Shown: positions 24,842 to 40,000 of the stretch, piece by piece | Layout of the letters: every line of letters starts with the position of its first letter | How positions within the stretch are numbered: the stretch's first letter is position 1 | From: Prorocentrum cordatum | Lineage: Eukaryota | Direction: 5' to 3' | NCBI GenBank assembly: GCA_963575745.1 | Contig: CAUYUJ010000132.1 | Coordinates: 1 to 64,000 of the forward strand | DNA length: 64,000 bases | Program-made: the position numbers and the translations under genes | Notes under the pieces: model-generated | Databases searched by the model: none | The model's input: only the letters and a program-made list of their open reading frames with translations | What the model was told of the DNA's origin: nothing

Positions 24842-26853
24842 GCGCATCTGATTTGCAAAATGACGAGGACGATTCCGAGTACGACTGCAACCGTCGCATG
24901 CTAGATCTGCCGCTACCCCCGAAATGCCACGAGAAGAGAATACGGGGAACCACAGGCGGACGAGGAAGATGAGGAAGAGGAGAAGGAGGAGGAGGAGGAG
25001 GATGAGGAGGAGGAGGAGGAGGAGGAGGAGGGCGGAGGAGGAGGAGGAGGATGAGAGGAGGAGGAAAAGGAGGAGGAGGGGAAGAGGAAGGAGGAGGTGA
25101 CGAGGAGAGGAGGAGGAGGAGGAGGAGTAAGGGGAGGAGGAGGAGGAGGAGGGCGGAGGAGGGGGAGGGGGGAGGAGGAGGAGGGGAGAGGAGGAGGAGG
25201 AGGAGGAGGAGGAGGAGAGGAGGAGGAGGAGGAGGAGGAGAGAGGAGGAGGAGTAGGAGGAGGAGGAGGGGGAGGAGGAGGAGGAGGAGGAGGAGGAGGA
25301 GGAGGAGGAGGAGGAGGAGGAGGAGGAGCAGGAGGAGGAGGGGGAGGAGGAGGAAGGAGGAGGAGGAGGAGGAGGAGGAGGAGGAGGAGGAGGAAGGAGA
25401 GGAGGAGGAGGTAGGAGGAGGAGGAGGAGGAGGAGTAGGAGGAGGAGGAGGAGGAGGCAGGAGGGGCGTAGGAGGAGGACGGAGGGAGGGCGGAGGAGGG
25501 AGGAGGAGGAGGAGGAGGAGGAGGAGCGGAGGGGAGGGTAGGAGAGGAGGAGGAGGAGGAGGAGTAGGAGGAGGAGGACGAGGGAGAAGAGGAGGAGGAT
25601 GAGGAGGAAGAAGAGAAACAAGAGGAGGAGGATGAGGAGGAAGAACAAGAAGAGGAGGAGGAGGAGGGAAAGGATGAGGAGGAGGACAAGGAGGAGGACG
25701 AGGAGGAGTGTACAGCCAAGAGGCATCAACGATGGTGGAATCGACCCTTCCTCTCAATTCCCTCTTCATAAGCCCCTTACAGCGTTTCATTTCCATTGAA
25801 GGAACTGCCTCGTTGGAAGGCAACCGTTTGAAGATCTTGATACATGTCAAAACATTGTTCTTGGGGCTTCCACGCCACGGATCAACTTGACTGCTGCGTC
25901 GTGACGATCTGGAATCGTGCCAGAAGGCCATTTTTGGAAGTTCGACACCGCGAGCCAACATTACTGTTGCACCCGCATAGTCCTGAATCCTTTTGAAACA
26001 CCATGTCTGGTACGTTGATCTCGGGAACCCGTGACACTCTTGCAAATTAAAAAACGAATATGCGCGGCGCTGAGGCGAGAACCACATTTTGAAAAGGCAC
26101 CGGCCTCAATCCGTGCAGCTCGTGAGACATTTATCAAACGAATTTGCGCGGCGATAAGGCGAGAAATATTTGTTGAAAACGACTCGCCCCCAATCCGTGA
26201 ATTTGTTATTGCAATGTTTAAAACGAATGTGCGCGGCGCCAAGACTAGAGCCACGTTTTGAAAACGCGGCGCTAAGGCGAGAGCCACATTTTGAAAACCA
26301 CCCGCCCTCAATCCGTGAAGCTCTTGCAATTTTTCAAACGAATGTTCGCGGCGCTAAGGCGAGAGCCGCATTTTGAAAACGAGCCGCCCTCATCCGTGAA
26401 TCTCTAGTAAATGTTTAAAACGAATGTGGCGCTAAGGCGAGAGCCACATAAAAAACCACCCGCCTTCATTCCGTGGATCTCTTGTGCGAAGTTTTGCAAC
26501 GAATGTGCGCGGCGCTAAAGGGAGAGCCACATGTTGAAAGCGACCCGCCCTCATCAGCGAAACAGTTGCCATGTTTTAATCTTCAGAGTGATACATGTAA
26601 TAAATGGTAAGTCTCAGGCGAATCGCCGCCTGGCCCGCCCTAAAAACGGCGCCAGGAGAGGGGGGGCTCCTCCTCCTCCTCCTCCTCCTCCTCCTCCTCG
26701 TTCTCTTCTTGCGCCTCCTCCTCCTCCTCCTTCTCCTCCTTTGGGTCCTTTAGAAGTCTGGCAGAAGCCCTGTTAGACAGCACTTGGCATTCTACCACGC
26801 CTCCAAGGTGCCACTGGGCTCGGAGGCGGATTCCCACAATCAGTGTCAGCTCA

Positions 26854-28431
26854 ATGGGACCGTCCCTCCAGATCTTCGTCGTTCTTGTTCTGGGTGTGCG
26901 ATCAGAGGTGCTGAATTTTGCCCCAGAGATGGACGGATCGTTCGAATTCAACGATGCTGTAACGTCTGACATCGGTACTGCCATGATGACCACAAACGAC
27001 GGTATCGTGTGCTATTCCGACTGGGCAAATCCCCCTGGAGAGAGAGCAGTGTGCAACGCTTTCGACGCCTCCACTGGTGACGTTGGCCCAGACTGCAACT
27101 TGACCGCTTATCTCGTGAAGGGCCAGAGGTTCACGGTCACCCGCTTCTCCGACGAGCTGGCCATAGTATGCTTCACGGCCTTCGGAGAGTACGAGATCGG
27201 GGGGCCGTCGTATTGCCACAAGCTGACCCTGAACACGGCCGACATGACTCTGACCGCCGGACCAGGCCTGGTAGTCAAGCCGGAGGCGACATTCATGTAT
27301 TATCTGACCATCGCCAGCTTCACTGAGACCTTCGGGGTGGTGTGCTACCAGGACACCTCGGACGTGTTCGAACCGAAGGAGAGGAAAGCCAGGTGCAACG
27401 TCCTTGGCTTCGAATCTGGAAGTGACAGTCTCACTAAGAGCGAGGCTTTCGAGGCGGACTCAGTGGCGGTTGACGTTGTCGGTGTGTCGCTCACTAAGTT
27501 CTCAAGCTCGACGGGCGTTTTGTGTTTCACCGAGAAGACAGATGAAAGGGCATACTGCACGCTTTTGACTGTCAGTGACACGGACATCAGTGTGCCTGGC
27601 CCAAATGACGTTGCCATCTTCGAAGGTGTCCCTAGCATACTGGACAGGGCGCAGGTGTCCGTAGTCAGCTTGGACGAGACCACAGGACTGGTGTGCTACG
27701 TCGTCGGAGATGCATCTGCTGGCAACAGTGCCTCATACGAGATCACGTGCACCCCCGTTGGCTTGGTCAATGGGACTGTGGTCACGGTTGGCGACGACAT
27801 CGTGGTAGACAGCGACGCCACTTTCGACATGTCGGTCACCGCCATGTCCGAGACTGCCGCCATCGTGTGTTACCTGAAGGGTGACGAGAGGATCGGCACC
27901 TGCAAGGGGCTGGTCCTCAGCCACGGCAGGGAACTGAGCATGGGCGACGCGAGGGACATCGCCGGCACCAGCGGGTTCAAAGCCTACAGTGACGAGAACA
28001 TCCGGGTCTGCGACGACAACCCCTGCGTCGAGTTCGTCTCGCTCACGCGCAGGAACGACGTCGACGCCATCGTGTGCTACGCGGGCATCGACGACAACCC
28101 CAACGGGCGATGCACGAAGCTCTTCGTGCCGGCGCCCACCACCACCGCCACCGCGACCACGACGAGCGCGACGAGCAGCACGACCCCGCACACCACTACG
28201 GAGTCCAGTACCACGACCGCCACGCAGACGAGCACGCTCAGCACCACCACCACCGCCACCGAGACCACGTCCACGGGGACCAAGACTACAGTGACCACCA
28301 CCCCGCACACCACCACGGAGACGACACCGACGTCGACGACCGCCACCGAAGCGGAGGATTCCGCCGGGCGCGGCTCTTCCCTTGCCCCCCTGACGCTGCT
28401 TGCGGCCCTCGCGGCAGCAGCTGCACGGTGA
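26854..28431 (+). CDS. Same predicted GPI-anchored beta-propeller surface protein; copy B
   Basis: Protein identical to copy A from the shared ATG. Confidence 0.9.
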   Translation: MGPSLQIFVVLVLGVRSEVLNFAPEMDGSFEFNDAVTSDIGTAMMTTNDGIVCYSDWANPPGERAVCNAFDASTGDVGPDCNLTAYLVKGQRFTVTRFSDELAIVCFTAFGEYEIGGPSYCHKLTLNTADMTLTAGPGLVVKPEATFMYYLTIASFTETFGVVCYQDTSDVFEPKERKARCNVLGFESGSDSLTKSEAFEADSVAVDVVGVSLTKFSSSTGVLCFTEKTDERAYCTLLTVSDTDISVPGPNDVAIFEGVPSILDRAQVSVVSLDETTGLVCYVVGDASAGNSASYEITCTPVGLVNGTVVTVGDDIVVDSDATFDMSVTAMSETAAIVCYLKGDERIGTCKGLVLSHGRELSMGDARDIAGTSGFKAYSDENIRVCDDNPCVEFVSLTRRNDVDAIVCYAGIDDNPNGRCTKLFVPAPTTTATATTTSATSSTTPHTTTESSTTTATQTSTLSTTTTATETTSTGTKTTVTTTPHTTTETTPTSTTATEAEDSAGRGSSLAPLTLLAALAAAAAR

Positions 28432-30378
28432 TCCCTCCGAGGGTACCTGACGCGACAGCAGTGCTGCACATCTTCCTCCCTGTCGTGACGGCAGTGCAGT
28501 CCATCTTCTTAGCTCTGGCGGAGCGGGCGCAGGCAGCAAAAGACCCTGCGATCTCAAATGGTAATCATTTGCCTGCTCACCCAGAGACCGCGCAGAAGTT
28601 GCGGGCGAACCACAACCATCATGATCGCCATCACCACCATCATCGTCTCGAGCAAGAAGCAACGGCATACAGTAGTTAACCTTCGGAGGTCCACGCAGAT
28701 TTCTTCGATCGGCGCTGGACACCCTTTCTGGCGCGATGAGCGCCAGGGGCGGCGCCAGAGGCGCCCCCACTGGTCCAGTGTCGACCTAAGAGATCCGCGA
28801 AGCCCTCCGACACGTCATGTTTTCAGACTTTGTTGTCCTTCTTCTACTTCAGGCAAGACGCTCACATAAGGACCACTTTTGGGCTTCCCAAAGCCATAGG
28901 ATTCCCGAGGGAATCCTAAAGAATTCCTGGAGTTGGGGAAATCCTGCGGACCAGGTTGGTGCTTCGCCGACCAGCACCCAGGCCAGAGCCTCTGCGCTCA
29001 GGAATTCCTTCGCAAATCCAGAGGACTTTTTCGGACGGTTGGCTCACAATCATTGAATTTCAATACAGTGGAGACCCATGCCAAGAAACACCCTCCTTGC
29101 CTCCACAGAGCCGGGTTTCGGTGGTTTGGCCATGGAAGGCGTGGCGTTCCCACACCAAACATCGATGGACGCCCTGGGGTCTCAGGGTTGGGTTTCTTGT
29201 AGAAGGTTTATTGTGGTCGGGCCCCCACTATATGCTCTTGGCGGCTTCATGTCAAAACTGCTGTTAGAAAGATCTTTTTTAACCCTGACGTCGAGATCCG
29301 CGTGAGGGTTTTTGGTCTTCGGGCTGTTCCTCAGCTCTAGGCCGGCACCTCTTCGGGGCAGACGGTCAGCCGTTGGCCAGAAACGGCCCCTCGTGCTCAT
29401 CATAGCGCGCTGACTGTATCATCGCCACCACCATCAGAGTGCTCCTCTCGTCGCAGGCCTAGAGGTTGACACCAACACCAACATCGGCGGTGTGCCTCCA
29501 CCGAGGGAAGAAGATCCCGATCTCGGTGATGGTGGTAATATTCTGGCTTCCAAGGTGGCCGAAATATTACCACCAACACCGAAATTTAGGATCATCTTCC
29601 CCCTGTGGAGGCAACCCCCTGTGTTGGTGTTGGTGCCCATTTCCAGGCCTCGAATCTCGATACGATCGAACCGATTCGATATCGATTCCGGCCCGCCCGA
29701 TCCGACTCGATTCCACACTCAGACGGTCCGATGTGGCCCGATGCTCGCATTGGAATCGTTGTGCATCCTGGCGCGGCCGACCCGATTCGATTCTGGCTCT
29801 CCTCCTCATCCTCCTCCTCCTCCTCCTCCGCCTCCTCCTCCTCCTCCGCCACCTCCTCTTTCCCGAGGCGGCCCGATTCGGTGAGCATTCCGATCCGATC
29901 TTGTTGACCGATTCGATGCCAACTGATCCTGCCATCGCCATCGTCAGCATCTCGGCTCGCGGATCTTCAAACCCCGGCCGCCTTCGCTCTTTCTTCACCG
30001 AGCGCGTTCCGCTATCCGCAAAGTGCCTGCTCGCAAACGCCAGACAAAGATACGTCTTCCTCTACAGTGGAGGCCCATGCCAAGAAACACCCTGCCTGCC
30101 TCCAGGGTGCCCTAGGTTTCTTTGGTTTCATTTGCTTTGCTATGGAAAGCGCGACGTGCCCACACCAGAAATCAAAAACGCCCTGGGGTCTCAGGGTTGG
30201 GTTTCTTGTGGAGGTTTCTTGTGGTTGGGCCCCTACTGTATGTAATGGATCGTAATGGATCGTAGATCCCACGCGGCGGATCCAGCCCCTTGACCAGTAG
30301 TGGCTTCGCGAGTACTGCTGGAAAGAGCTTGTCTACTGGAGCGGCCTTACGGTCGGTGCCGCCGGCCCCCCTGAACGA

Positions 30379-30458
<80 letters not shown>

Positions 30459-31208
30459 GCGACGGCGACGACGACGACGCGTCCCCCACACGCCGACAGG
30501 GTCGGCTGATTTCTGGCGCCCTCCAAGGGAGGAACAACCACCCGGACCGGACAGTTGGCGTTTACGAAACGTCCCTGGGCGTTTACCAAACAGCCCTGCC
30601 TTGTTTGATTCCTTCTTTGGGCGTGTTTACTAAACGACTTCGCGTGTCGGGGTGGTTATTTTCAGGAGGGGGAAAACCACACAGACACAATTAATCGTCG
30701 ATTCCCAAGAAAATATGGAAAAATATGGGAAGAGGGGGGGAAGACAAAAACCCTGAAATTATATGAAAATATGGGGAATCCTGTTATTTGTGTGGATTTG
30801 TTTTCCGACGGACCGTGCGGTGAGGTCTTGGGGGGGATTTCGAGGCCACCGCACGGTCTGTCGCCGCACCGCGTCGGGACTCCAGACAGGCAGGAAGCTG
30901 CTGATGCCCCCCCCCAGGGCGTGACGGGGACGTCGGCGGCGGGCGAGGGGTCTCAGGGGCATTTTGGGAGGCAGTTTTGAGGCCTCTTGGGGGCTAGGCT
31001 CTGCCTAGAAGGGTTCTTACTCTCTTAGCTTAAAGGGGCCGGGCAGTGTAATGCGCCCCAGGCGGTTCCCCCAGGATCCGCCCCGCGGTTCCCCCAGTTG
31101 CGTCCCATTAGTATAGCGTTGCTTATCTCATCTTAGCTTAGCTTAATTCATCTTAGCTTAGCCTAGCTTCATCTTAGCTCAGGTTTATCTTAGCTTAGCT
31201 TACCTTCA

Positions 31209-32406
31209 GTGCAAGCTCGTCAGTGCAAGCTCGTCAACGACTTCGTGCCGAACCATCCAGACCGGTGCTTCCAGCACCTCCGTGTTCGCGTTGACGACCA
31301 CAACGAGCCCGTGTCCATCGTCAATTGCCATGCGCCCGCCTCGAAAAAACGAGGGTTGACAATGGAAGGGCGCAAGCACACCTTCCTTGCTTGCCACAAT
31401 GCGTGTGCGGGGGATCGCTTCATCTGGGGCGGCGACTTCAGCACGGGGATCATTCAGCTCATCGCCCTGGTGCAGAGTATCGATGAAGGCTACACAGCCT
31501 GCCAAGTATCGATTGACTCCGGTGCTGCACAGCCTGGATCACTGCAGCTGGTCTTCTCTCACCCGTTGAGTTTCAAACACGGCGACCTCGCGATGACCCA
31601 CGGCCTGCGCAGCGTTCAAACGAGCTCCGAAAATGGTGCGTTCTTCGACGGAGTGAGTGATGCTCATGACCTCGTTGTGGCCAGGGTGTTCCTGCCTCGA
31701 GACCTCGAGAGTGCGGCTGAGCCTTCGCCGGTTCTGCGAATCACCGATGCGCGCCCTCCGCTGACGTGGGAAGCGACACGCCGCCCGCCGAGCAGCGCTG
31801 CGCAGCCTGCCACCTCCTCCAACGTGGTACGCAGGCCCGCCACGCCCCGTGTCAACGCCATCTTCGGCAGCGATGCCTCCGCCGACGCAGGAGGTGCTCG
31901 AGGAGATCGGCAGAGACTTCCTGTTCGTAGCCTCGTCCGACGGCCGCTTCGAGGCGGCAGCTGCTCCGCGCATCGCCGAGAAACTGGAGGAGTTCTTGCG
32001 GGTCGTCGAGGAGCAGCGTGCGAATCGCATGCGCCGCGCGCCTGGCCAGGACTCCGACCCCATCTTCACGCCTCGCCACATGAAAGAGATCCACAAGAAG
32101 TGGCTCAGCGACTATAAGTCGTGGATGAACACGGAAACGGTCCAGGAGTACGAGCGGTTGCGCAACGGGAGGTGCGGGCAGAAAGCGCACCAGCTCCGAC
32201 GAAGCGCTTTCTCCGCGTAATTGTTCCAGATCATCGGCGACAAACATATGTTGCTTTCCGCCATCTAACATCCAATCTGCAATGCTGCGCAGCCTGCAGA
32301 CGCAATGTGGCGGTTCATGGGCGCGTGGGCGGAGGAGAAGTCGTCGACTGACCACGACGAGAGGAACGCGACGGAGAGGGAGGACATCGGCGACGACGAG
32401 AACGAG
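31209..32406 (+). pseudogene. Disrupted EEP-domain ORF; copy in unit C
   Basis: Translation identical to 13063-14260 (+18146). Confidence 0.7.
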
Positions 32407-35400
32407 GGGCCGCACAAGCGCCGGCGCCGTGAGTGGGCGAGCGGCTAGCGCTTCGCAGCTCGCGGGTCGCGCCTCGCAGCCCGCAGCTCGCAGCCTCCAA
32501 AACCGCTCCAGGACGAACCGAAAAATTTAGCTTTTCGCCCCGAGACGCCCCTGGGGGGCCCAGAGAGCCCCCCCCAAAGCCCCAAGAGGCACCCAAGAGG
32601 CGTCCCAAGAGACCACCAGGAAACATACATTTTCGCCATGCACGGTTGTTCGGTTTTCACAGCGTTGACGACGATCCAAGACGCCCCGGAGACCGCCTCA
32701 AGGCGGCCCAAGAGGCCCCCGAGGGTCCCCAACAAATATTCCAAAAACGTCCCAAGACGGCCCAAGAGGCGCCCGAGATGGCCAAGTCGTGCGGTATTAG
32801 ACCGGATACGGAGCATTTTCAAACGCGCCCGGTGAGCGAATGAAACACATGCGTGTGTGTGTGTGCGTGCTTGTGCGCAGGCGAAGCAAACAAAACGTTA
32901 AGCAATAGCAAAAACAGAACTAAAGCAACGACAACAGCAAACGCAATAGCAAAAGCAAAGGCAAGGCAATGCAAATCAGAAGCGAAACCTATGCGAAAGT
33001 GTAAGTGTAGATGTAAATGTAGGTGTAGGTGTAGATGTAGATGTATATGTAGGTGTAGATGTAGGTGTAGATGTGGGTCTCGCTGTTGATCTTGGTGTAG
33101 ATGTATATGCAGGTGTAGATGTTGGTGTAGCTGCCGGTGTAGATGTAGATGTTGCTTTCCTAGATGCTCCAAATCCTAGGTAGGGTCGCACTGGGATAAT
33201 TTATGAGAGAGATGGTGTGGGTTGGGGGGGGAGCATGGTTCCTGGTTGGCTGCCAGTCGCCTGGGGGAGGGGGTGTATATCAATAGGGAGCAGTGATGAA
33301 CCCCTCCCCGAACACGGGCAAAATGGGGATTTGAAGAGGAGTTTCCTTAGACCACCTACGCCCAGAGGGCTGGTGGAATTCGCAGACATGCCTTGTTACT
33401 TCTACGCAGATCAGGGTCGTCTTCGATTGTGAGCTGATTCGGTGTTGCTCGCATGACTGCGAGCGATCTATAGAGTAGGCGCGGATTGAATCGAGTTGAT
33501 CCTCCTATTCCTCCTCGTCCGCCTACTTGGATTCTTGGATCGAAGCTGTGTAAGACAGTCCGCTGGCTTTTGGATGCGGCGCGCTTGCCAGTCAGACAGT
33601 CAGTCAGCCAGCCAGCCAGCCAGTCAGTCAGCCGACGTCGCCACAGGTGGCCAAAGAGCGGGCGACGGGCGGGGCGGCACGCTTGTGGGACGCACGCATG
33701 TGGGACAGCTTTCGACCCTCGTCTCCCCGTGCCATGCGGGGCGATTCCCTCCTCCTGCGTCGCTGAGCCAGCGAGGCCGCCCCAGAAGAGGAGGTCAGAC
33801 GGGGTCACCCCGCCCAGGCCCCGACAGTCGAAGAAGACACAACTGCACAAGCAGAGACTTCTGGAGGTCGGTGCGGACTTATTGGATCTGCGCTGGCCCT
33901 CATCGGTGGCGCCACTGTCGCCACTCTGAGCGCGCTCGGCGCGCCAAAGAGGGGGGCCCAGCTCCGATCCAAGAAAACCGCGCTGACCCCCGACAGTTTA
34001 TCTTTACGCTGTTTTTACCTAACAGCGAAGACTGATAGGTTTCTAGTGGGGTCAAAAGAGAGCATCTTGACGCCCCAGAGGGGGTCCGGGCAGGATCCGG
34101 GGAGAAGCCGCGGAAGTCGATTTAGGCAGACAGATACACACTTCGTGGGCTTCGAGGTCCCAGAACTCCATTCCTGGGCATGATTTTGAATGCCCGGAGC
34201 CACCTGTAGGCCACTTCGTGTTCTTCGAATTCCCAGAACTCCATTACCGGGCCACATTTTGAATGACCGGGGCCAACTGTAGGCCACTTCGTGGTCTTCG
34301 AGTTCCCAGAACTCCACTCCTGGGCATGATTTTGAATGCCCAGAGCCAACTGTAAGCCACCTTGTGGTTTTCGAGTTCCCAGAACTCCATTCTTGGGCAT
34401 GATTTTGTGCCCGGAGCCACCTGTAGGTCACTTCGTGTTCTTCGAGTTCCCAGAATTCCATTCCCGGGCCACATTTTGAATGCTGAAGCAGGCTGATGCT
34501 GAGGCTGAGGCAGGCTGAGGCTGAGGCCGAGGCTGAAGGCAGACTGAGGCTGAGGCTGAAGCAGGCTGAGGCTGAGGCTGAGGCAGGCTGAGGCTGAGGC
34601 TGAGGCAGGCTGATGCTGAGGCAGGCTGAGGCTGAGGCTGATGCAGGCTGAGGCTGAGGCAGGCTGAGGCTGAGGCCGAGGCTGAAGGCAGACTGAGGCT
34701 GAGGCTGAAGCAGGCTGAGGCTGAGGCTGAGGCTGAGGCTGAGGCAGGCTGATGCTGAGGCAGGCTGAGGCTGAGGCTGAGGCTGATGCAGGCTGAGGCT
34801 GAGGCAGGCTGAGGCTGAGGCTGAGGGACTGAGGCTGAGGCTGAGGCTGAGGCTGAGGCTGCAGGCTGAGGCTGCAGGCTGAGGCTGAGGCAGGCTGAGG
34901 CTGAGGCAGGCTGAGGCTGAGGCCTGAGGCTGAAGGCTGAGGCTGAGGCTGAGGCTGAAGCAGCTGCTGAGGCTGAGGCAGGCTGCTGAGGCTGCAGGCT
35001 GAGGCTGAGGCTGGCAGGCTGCAGGCTGAGAGCTGAGGCGAGACTGAGGCTGAGCTGAGGCTGAGGCTGAGGCAGGCTGAGGCAGGCTGAGGCCGAGGCT
35101 GAAGGCAGACTGAGGCTGAGGCTGAAGCAGGCTGAGGCTGAGGCTGAGGCAGGCTGAGGCTGAGGCTGAGGCTGAGGCTGAGGCTGAGGCAGGCTGAGGC
35201 TGAGGCTGAGGCTGATGCAGGCCACTGCGACTGTCATCGCGAATGCGACTACGACTGCGAGAACAGCAGAATTCTACAACTGGATTCTCATCTGAATCTT
35301 AAGGGGAATGCTTCCAGATATGCTCCTACACATCGCTGTTAGGTTGCTTTGCCGGGATAATTCTTCGTCTGCGCAACGTCCAACTGGGGACACTCTTGTG

Positions 35401-36308
35401 CGGCAGGTTCGCGTCGTATCGATGTGGTGGCGGCTTTGCCGCAGGCGTTCAAGGTTGAACGCCGCTAGTGGCCCAGAATCGGCCGATACTGAACGATCTG
35501 CCGGGTACCCTCTTGGGGTCGTCTCTGGCCGTTTTGGGTTCACTGGCCGAGGGACAAGTTAGACGTTTATCCCCTGGATCGGCCAACATAAGCATTCCCC
35601 GAGTTAATGTTCTCCAGATTTTCGAAAGGGTTAAAAGGCTTGGGAACAAACCGCCGCGTGCTGATGATTCTGGGACTGGAGTATAATCCACCCAGTGCCT
35701 GCGACGCGGTGATTTATCTCATTGACCATGTCTGTGCAGGCTGAGCATTATTCATTGTTTGTCACGTACTGTATCTGTGTTTGCTCAAGTATTTTTGCAT
35801 CGTGGTAGTTATCTTCGCCAGGAATATTTGGGATAGCCTCTATCCAGGCGCCTGTGGCGAGTCCCGCCGCTGTGCCAGCGGAAAGCTTTGCACGGCGACT
35901 TTTCGGGCCCCGCCGAACAATTTCCTTACATGTGGCACTTGTCGCCCTTGTGAAAAAAGAGGCTGAGGAAAATGAGAACAAGGACTGCTGACGATGATGA
36001 TTATGATGATGATGTTGTTGTTGATGATGATGATGGTGATACTGATGCTGATCGTGATGATGATGATGATGATGATGATGATGACGATGATGATGATGAT
36101 GATGATGCTGTCGCTGCTGATGATGATTATGATATTTGATGATGATGATTCTGATAACGATGATCATGCTGCTGATGATGCTGATGATGATGCTGCTGAT
36201 GATGATGATGCTGATTCTGATGCTGCTGCTGATGAGGATGATGATGATGATGCTGAGGCTGATTATGATTATGAGGATGTATTGTGATGGTGATGGTGAT
36301 GGTGATGG

Positions 36309-36339
<31 letters not shown>

Positions 36340-36393
36340 GATGATGGTGGTGATGCTGCTGCTGATGATGATGATTGATGATGATGATGATGC

Positions 36394-36458
<65 letters not shown>

Positions 36459-36465
36459 CTGCTGA

Positions 36466-36600
<135 letters not shown>

Positions 36601-36615
36601 GATGATGATGATGAA

Positions 36616-36738
<123 letters not shown>

Positions 36739-37060
36739 CACTTAGGGAATATTGATTGAAACACGGGAGAGCGCCGCAACTTTTGCCCTCCGTATTTCTT
36801 CGGCTCAGCACTTCTTTTGAGCGCCCATCCTCGGCCGGCAGCGCATGGACTATGTGCTGCAGCCCAGGTATTCCGCGCGCGGCTCGCTGGTGTCAGCTCG
36901 CCGTCCTGTTGTGACCCACCGAGGGCGTTCCACTACTCGTAAAATGCCTGTTCGCAGACTTCCGAAAAACACACGTTCGCCTCGTTGTCATGGATCGTAA
37001 ATCCCCCGTGGTGGATCCAGGCCGTTTGCGAGTAGTTACTCTGCGAGCAGTGGAGCGCGC

Positions 37061-40000
37061 TTGTCGAGTGGCTGCACGCCCGCACACTCCGACGACGGGG
37101 TCCTCGAGCTGCTCCGCGAGCAGCTCCAGCGGTGCGGCCCGGAGAGGCTGCCTGCTTGCCCGCTGGCGCCGCCGTCACCGCCAGAGGCGGCTTACCTGGG
37201 GGCTCGTGTGGCCCCTCGCTGCCGCCGTCGCGGCCGGCGGCCTCGCGGGGGGAAAGGCTTGTCGCCCTGCAGCTCGCCAGCTGCGCTCGGCGGCTGCGTG
37301 GCTCGCAGCCGCTGGTGTCGCGGGTGGTGGCCGAGGGGGCGTGGGCCCCCCCAGCCAGCAGGGCCGCGGGCGCGGAACCAGGCGCTGGCGCTCGAGGGGC
37401 GCCCAGGGCTTGACGTGGCCTCCGACGACCTCGCAGGCGAGGCTCGCGCGGCGCTGACTGCTGTGCGGGCGCGCGCGGCTGCGCGTTGATGGCGCTCGCT
37501 CCTGGGGTATGGCTGTTCGTGGCTTGCGACAACCCAGGGGTGAAGGACCCGCTCTACCACGAAAAACTTATCACCGCCGTGGGAGTCAATGCGCAGTACT
37601 GCGTCTTCACTACTGACGGCGACCACTACCTCGAGTAGGTTTCCTCAGCTAATGCCGATTCTCTCGATATCCGATCGTTGGCTGGACCTGGAGCCGGGCC
37701 CGTCGGGATCAACGCCAATCGGATCTACAGATTCCGCCGCGTGCCCACGCTCGCGGAGCGTGCCCAGTACTTCAGGGACGGTGCCCTCATCGCAGTGGTG
37801 GCCGTGCCGCCCGCCGCCGCAGCCGCTGCGCCCGCCGACGCGCCGCGGCCTGGCGCTGCGGCCCTGGCAGCTCTCGAGCGTGTGTGGGTGGTCGCCGAAG
37901 ATGCAGCAGGGCGGGTGCGAGGTAATATCATCGCGGACATGGGGGGCGCTCCCACCATCTTCGGGGACATGGCACTTGTCGAGTTGGCCCAGGGTACATC
38001 GCGGACGAGGTCGCGAGATATGCCAACGACGACCTTCGCATCTTCCCGGTCGCCTTCAACATTCGAGGCAACCGTCGCCGCCCCCTTGCCGATGCCGATG
38101 GCTTCGGGCCGGAGGGTCTGCGGCGTTGGCGCGGCGGCAGCATCGAACCTCAACCATCGCGACGCGTGGTTTCGCACTTGCCGTCCGGCGACAGGTCGGT
38201 GCCCGCGCATCGCGTTCTGTGTGTCCTGCTGCACGTGATGCTGGTCGTCGACCAGCTCAACGCGAGCTGCTTGCAATCGGGCGAGCTTATCGCCAGGAGG
38301 CCCCAGCTGATTGAGGGCGCTCGCCGAGCCAGCCCGTTTTCATCAGACTACGGATCGCCGGACCACTACGTGGGGCGTGCTTATCGGGCAGGAGGTGTCA
38401 CTGACGCGCCTGGCCTCAGGCGCTACGTCGCGGACAGGCCAAGGGCGAGGTCGGGGTGGCCAAGGGGCAGCGGAAGGCTCGCGAGGGGCCCCGCCTGCTC
38501 CGAGGCAGCTCCAGCCCCGCGGGCCGAGGAGAGGGGGGGCGGGCGCCGAGGGCGCCGCCCGGGGCTGGGCGACTTCGATTCCGCGGAGGGGGGGCCTGGC
38601 CGACCCCTCGCGCGTGTCCCAGGCCCTGCTCACGGTGTGGTTGTGCGCCTGGGCGCCAGTGTTTGACGGGCGCCAGCGAGAATTGCCCCCCTGGCCGCTA
38701 GTCGAGGGGCGCCTCGCCGTTGCCGCGAGTCCCCTGGGCCGGGGGCGCGCGCTGGCCAGCGTCCGATGGGGGGGGCTGCGCCGTCGATCAGGCAGTCAGC
38801 GCCTTGGGGGAGCTCTACTGTGCACCTGAGGGCTCAGCGAGCACTGCGCTTGGTGGCCACCGCGAAGCGCATCGCCAGCTTCGCCTCGCCGCCCGACTGA
38901 GCCCCCGTGCAGCGATGTATATTTTTTCCCAAGCAGCCGCGGGGGGCTGCTGAGGTTCCGCTCCTCCTGCGATGAGAGTGCCGCGTGCCGGGTGCGGGCC
39001 TGCGACCGGTCGCTCGTCGATTTCCCGAGGCCAAGCTGGGCGCCGCCAGCCCTCGCTGACGTGGCTGGCCATGTCGGGCGCGAGACGTTGAAGGATTGGA
39101 TGAATCTTGCGATGCCGGGCCAGGGCGAGTAGGGCCAGGTGGTCGAGAGTTCGCCTCCAGTGACGCGCATGGAGCCGCGCGAAGGGCTCCTCGCTCTACC
39201 GGGCCTTCGTCGGGGACGCGCGCGCCGCGGGGGCCATCGGCTCCGCCGCGGAGCCCGCGGACTGAGCGCCCCCCTTCGCCGGCAAGAAATCAGGTCAGCT
39301 GCGGGTTTGGCTCTCGACGGGAGAGCCCCGAATCGGCGGTTCCTAAAGCGCCCCCCCTCCTGGCCGCGGGGGCGGGGGCGTCGTTGGGCAGGCCGGGGCT
39401 TGAGGGGCCAGGCGTGCGCGCCTTCCAGGAGACGCCTGGCGCTCGCGAGGAGCTCTTCGTCAGTGGCCTCAGCGCGAGGAACTGCATCTATGCGCTGGGG
39501 AATTATCTCCAGCTGATGCCCTTCTACAGCTTGCCCGACGCCCTGGCCGAGTTCACCGAGGGCTTCGGGGGGCCGCTGGTCGGGGCGCTCCAGCCCTCGA
39601 CTGGGTCTGGTCGACGCTGAGAGTGGCCTCCATTGGCTGGGGCTGGGCCTTCTGCCTGGCCGAACGTGTTGCCTCGCGGCGAGTCCAAGTCGCCTTCGGC
39701 GTCGGGCCGTCCGTGCTGCTCCGCGACCGCGGCCTGGCCCCCGACATCTGACGGGGGGCCCGCCGTTCTTGGCTATTGCCATTGCGTCGGCGCGGCTTCG
39801 ACCTCTGGGAGTGACTGGCCAGCTGCGTCGCAAGATCGAGGTGCAGCTCGTCGAGGACGGCGTCGAGGTCCACGGGGCCACTGTCGCGTCCACTTCCGCC
39901 GTCATGTTCGGCAGGGAGATCGATGGCAGTCCTGAGACGGCGCAGCTACCTCCCCAAAAGCCTGCCCGACTGGGAGCAGCTAGCTGACGGTTGGTGCGAG